Below, piece after piece: positions 26,087 to 27,763 of a DNA stretch of 27,763 nt; position 1 is the first letter of the stretch, and each line of letters begins with the position of its first letter. The stretch is from Candidatus Heimdallarchaeota archaeon (GTDB lineage: Archaea; Asgardarchaeota; Heimdallarchaeia; Heimdallarchaeales; Heimdallarchaeaceae). Where the stretch lies: positions 1 through 27,763 of the forward strand of contig DXJF01000017.1 in the NCBI GenBank assembly GCA_019057375.1, written 5' to 3'. The notes under the pieces are model-generated. The model did not search any database. It had not been told where the DNA came from and saw only the letters and a list, made by a program, of their open reading frames with translations. The translations under genes were made by a program, and so were the position numbers.

Positions 26087-27676
26087 TTACAATTTTTTTG
26101 ACATATAAGGACCATCCTTTGTATATCCTTGTTTTTGATAGTATTCTCTTACTCCAACACCAGAAATTACTGAAATCTTAGAATAATCTTTTTCTTTCCC
26201 AATTTCTTCTGCTCTTGAAAGTAACTCTTTTCCATACCCTCTATGTTGCCATTGTAAAGAACCCCTTTTCAATGCCTGCAAACCTAGAAGCTCTCCATAT
26301 ACATGTAATTCTCTTACAATAATCGTAAATTTGTCAAACTCTGGACGAATGATGTTATCACCTAGCTCTCTTAATCTTAAAAACCCGATAAGAGCATCAC
26401 TTTCTACCTCTTCAAAAGATAGAAAATGTTCGACTCCTTCACTGGCTTCATATGACCTCTCAATTAATTCAATGTTTGACTGATCTATTTTTGTGCCTTT
26501 TTTATAAATAACGTGACCTATTTCTCTGCAACGAATACACTGGCATTTCTTTCCTTGTTTTTCGAGAATAGCTTGAACATCTAATCTCAAATCACTCTTA
26601 TTTGGACCCGCAGCTATTTGATGTGCAGGAATATCCCTAAGCACTCTCTTGATTCTTACATAAGGAGGAATTAGTTCTTTTATTTTAGCAATTAAGTTTG
26701 TAGCAGATTCGTTAGTTAATGGGTCATATTCTCCATTTTGATAATCTTGGAAAAGCTTAGTTCCAGGAATAACCATTGTTGGATAGATTTTAAGCTCATC
26801 TGGTCGGAATCTAGAATCATTAAACAGAATTTCAAAGGATTCAATATCTCTCTCGAATGTTGATCCTGGAAGACCGGGCATCATATGTGCAGTAATCTTC
26901 AGTCCAGTATCCTTGATGAACTGAAAAGCTGCAACTGTTTCTTTAATTCCGTGACCTCTTTGCATTTTTTCTAGAACATCATCAAAAACAGACTGAACTC
27001 CAACTTCTAGTCTTGTAACACCATATTCGATAAGATGATTAATTTTTTCGTGGTTTACCTGATCAGGTCTTGTTTCAGCTGTTAATCCTATACATCGATG
27101 AACAGCTGTTTCGTTGATTCTGTGTGCTTCTTGAATGTCTTTGGAATCAATTTCATTTAAAGCATCAAACATTCGTTGAATAAACCATAGTTGATATTCA
27201 ACAGGTTGGTTGGTAAAGGTTCCTCCCATGATGATAGCATCTATTTTCTCAGTTGAGTGACCTATAGATTCAAGTTGTTTAATTCTATCATTCACTTGAA
27301 GATAAGGGTCGAAATTGTTACGAATACCCCTCATAGTTGTAGGTTCATATCCGGTATAACTTTGAGGTTTATCCATCTCTGGACCTCCAGGGCACATTAT
27401 ACATTTTCCATGAGGGCACTCCCATGGGCGTGTCATTGCAGCTACAATTGCAACGCCCGATAAAGTTCGAACAATACGTTTTATAAGAACAGGAAGTAGT
27501 AAATCTCTTTCCTCAGTATTGCAAATTGCTAAAATTTCACTGTTCTTTGGAAAATCTTTCAGTTTATACTTCTTAGCAATATTACGTTTGACTTGATCTA
27601 GAATTTTTCTATTAGGCTCATCTAAAATTAATAGCTTTTCTTTAATTTCAACTAGAGCTTTATCGCGATCAATCAT
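26087..27676 (-). CDS. elp3: Elp3 tRNA uridine-34 acetyltransferase (radical SAM + GNAT)
   Basis: RTLSGVAIVA, CPHGKCIMCPGG (CxxxxCxxC), MGGTF, ETRPD, GLPG, KIYPT, RELHVYG, QHRGYG and VISGVGVREYY. ATG 27676 is preferred over the edge-truncated track start. Confidence 0.96.
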   Translation of the reverse strand: MIDRDKALVEIKEKLLILDEPNRKILDQVKRNIAKKYKLKDFPKNSEILAICNTEERDLLLPVLIKRIVRTLSGVAIVAAMTRPWECPHGKCIMCPGGPEMDKPQSYTGYEPTTMRGIRNNFDPYLQVNDRIKQLESIGHSTEKIDAIIMGGTFTNQPVEYQLWFIQRMFDALNEIDSKDIQEAHRINETAVHRCIGLTAETRPDQVNHEKINHLIEYGVTRLEVGVQSVFDDVLEKMQRGHGIKETVAAFQFIKDTGLKITAHMMPGLPGSTFERDIESFEILFNDSRFRPDELKIYPTMVIPGTKLFQDYQNGEYDPLTNESATNLIAKIKELIPPYVRIKRVLRDIPAHQIAAGPNKSDLRLDVQAILEKQGKKCQCIRCREIGHVIYKKGTKIDQSNIELIERSYEASEGVEHFLSFEEVESDALIGFLRLRELGDNIIRPEFDKFTIIVRELHVYGELLGLQALKRGSLQWQHRGYGKELLSRAEEIGKEKDYSKISVISGVGVREYYQKQGYTKDGPYMSKKL

Positions 27677-27707
27677 TTGAAAACAGTTTTTCAATAAATA
27701 GAAGATA

Positions 27708-27761
27708 TTATCTGGAACGACGTTTAGCTCCCATACTCTGAGCTTGACCAGCGTAACGACC
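27708..27761 (-). CDS. 3' end of an unidentified upstream gene (partial)
   Basis: The minus frame reads GRYAGQAQSMGAKRRSR* with TAA at 27708-27710. It is locally more GC-rich and uses CGT/GGT/GCT codons. Confidence 0.4.
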   Translation of the reverse strand, partial: GRYAGQAQSMGAKRRSR

Positions 27762-27763
27762 AA

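Noticed and set aside
45-27463. Short overlapping ORFs in the track (e.g. 45-239, 444-644, 1702-1926, 4977-5258, 8316-8558, 12810-13181, 15292-15543, 18513-18911, 18932-19261, 22511-22918, 24023-24325, 27257-27463)
   Set aside because: They are antisense or alternative-frame shadows of well-supported genes, with no recognisable motifs.
1-27763. CRISPR arrays, IS elements, integrases, rRNA or tRNA genes
   Set aside because: No regularly spaced repeats, transposase/integrase ORFs, terminal inverted repeats or cloverleafs were found. All intergenic gaps are about 200 bp or shorter.

Overview
AT-rich (about 30-33% GC by eye), gene-dense archaeal chromosomal segment. It is most consistent with an Asgard (Heimdallarchaeia-like) genome. 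That is an inference from an Fe-S-type TFEbeta/C34 homolog, a bacterial-type GrpE, C-terminally anchored surface proteins and AGGTGA ribosome-binding sites. The right half is an RNA-processing/translation cluster (rnhB, trm1, rlmE, TFEbeta, gar1, srp19, rps8e, nop5, fibrillarin, COG1395 HTH, elp3). It is interrupted by a membrane-anchored subtilase with Site-1-protease (SKI-1/S1P)-like architecture and a small wHTH gene with a triple operator. The left half holds the end of an MMPL/RND transporter, a tandem-domain surface protein, a PIN-domain protein, a coiled-coil/wHTH protein, a UPF0200 kinase, a DUF438-hemerythrin-PAS protein, an orphan grpE, the HMG-CoA synthase/thiolase/DUF35 operon, a Met-rich protein plus a repeat membrane protein, and a rhomboid protease. 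Top unexplained signals: (1) the operon thiolase has lost three catalytic residues while HMGS is intact; (2) an unannotated K-turn hairpin RNA with H/ACA-like geometry at 5228-5299; (3) the S1P-like protease; (4) a single in-frame TGA in the repeat membrane protein; (5) three palindromic operators around the wHTH promoter. No tRNA, rRNA, CRISPR array or mobile element was found. All family assignments are by eye from motifs; no searches were run.
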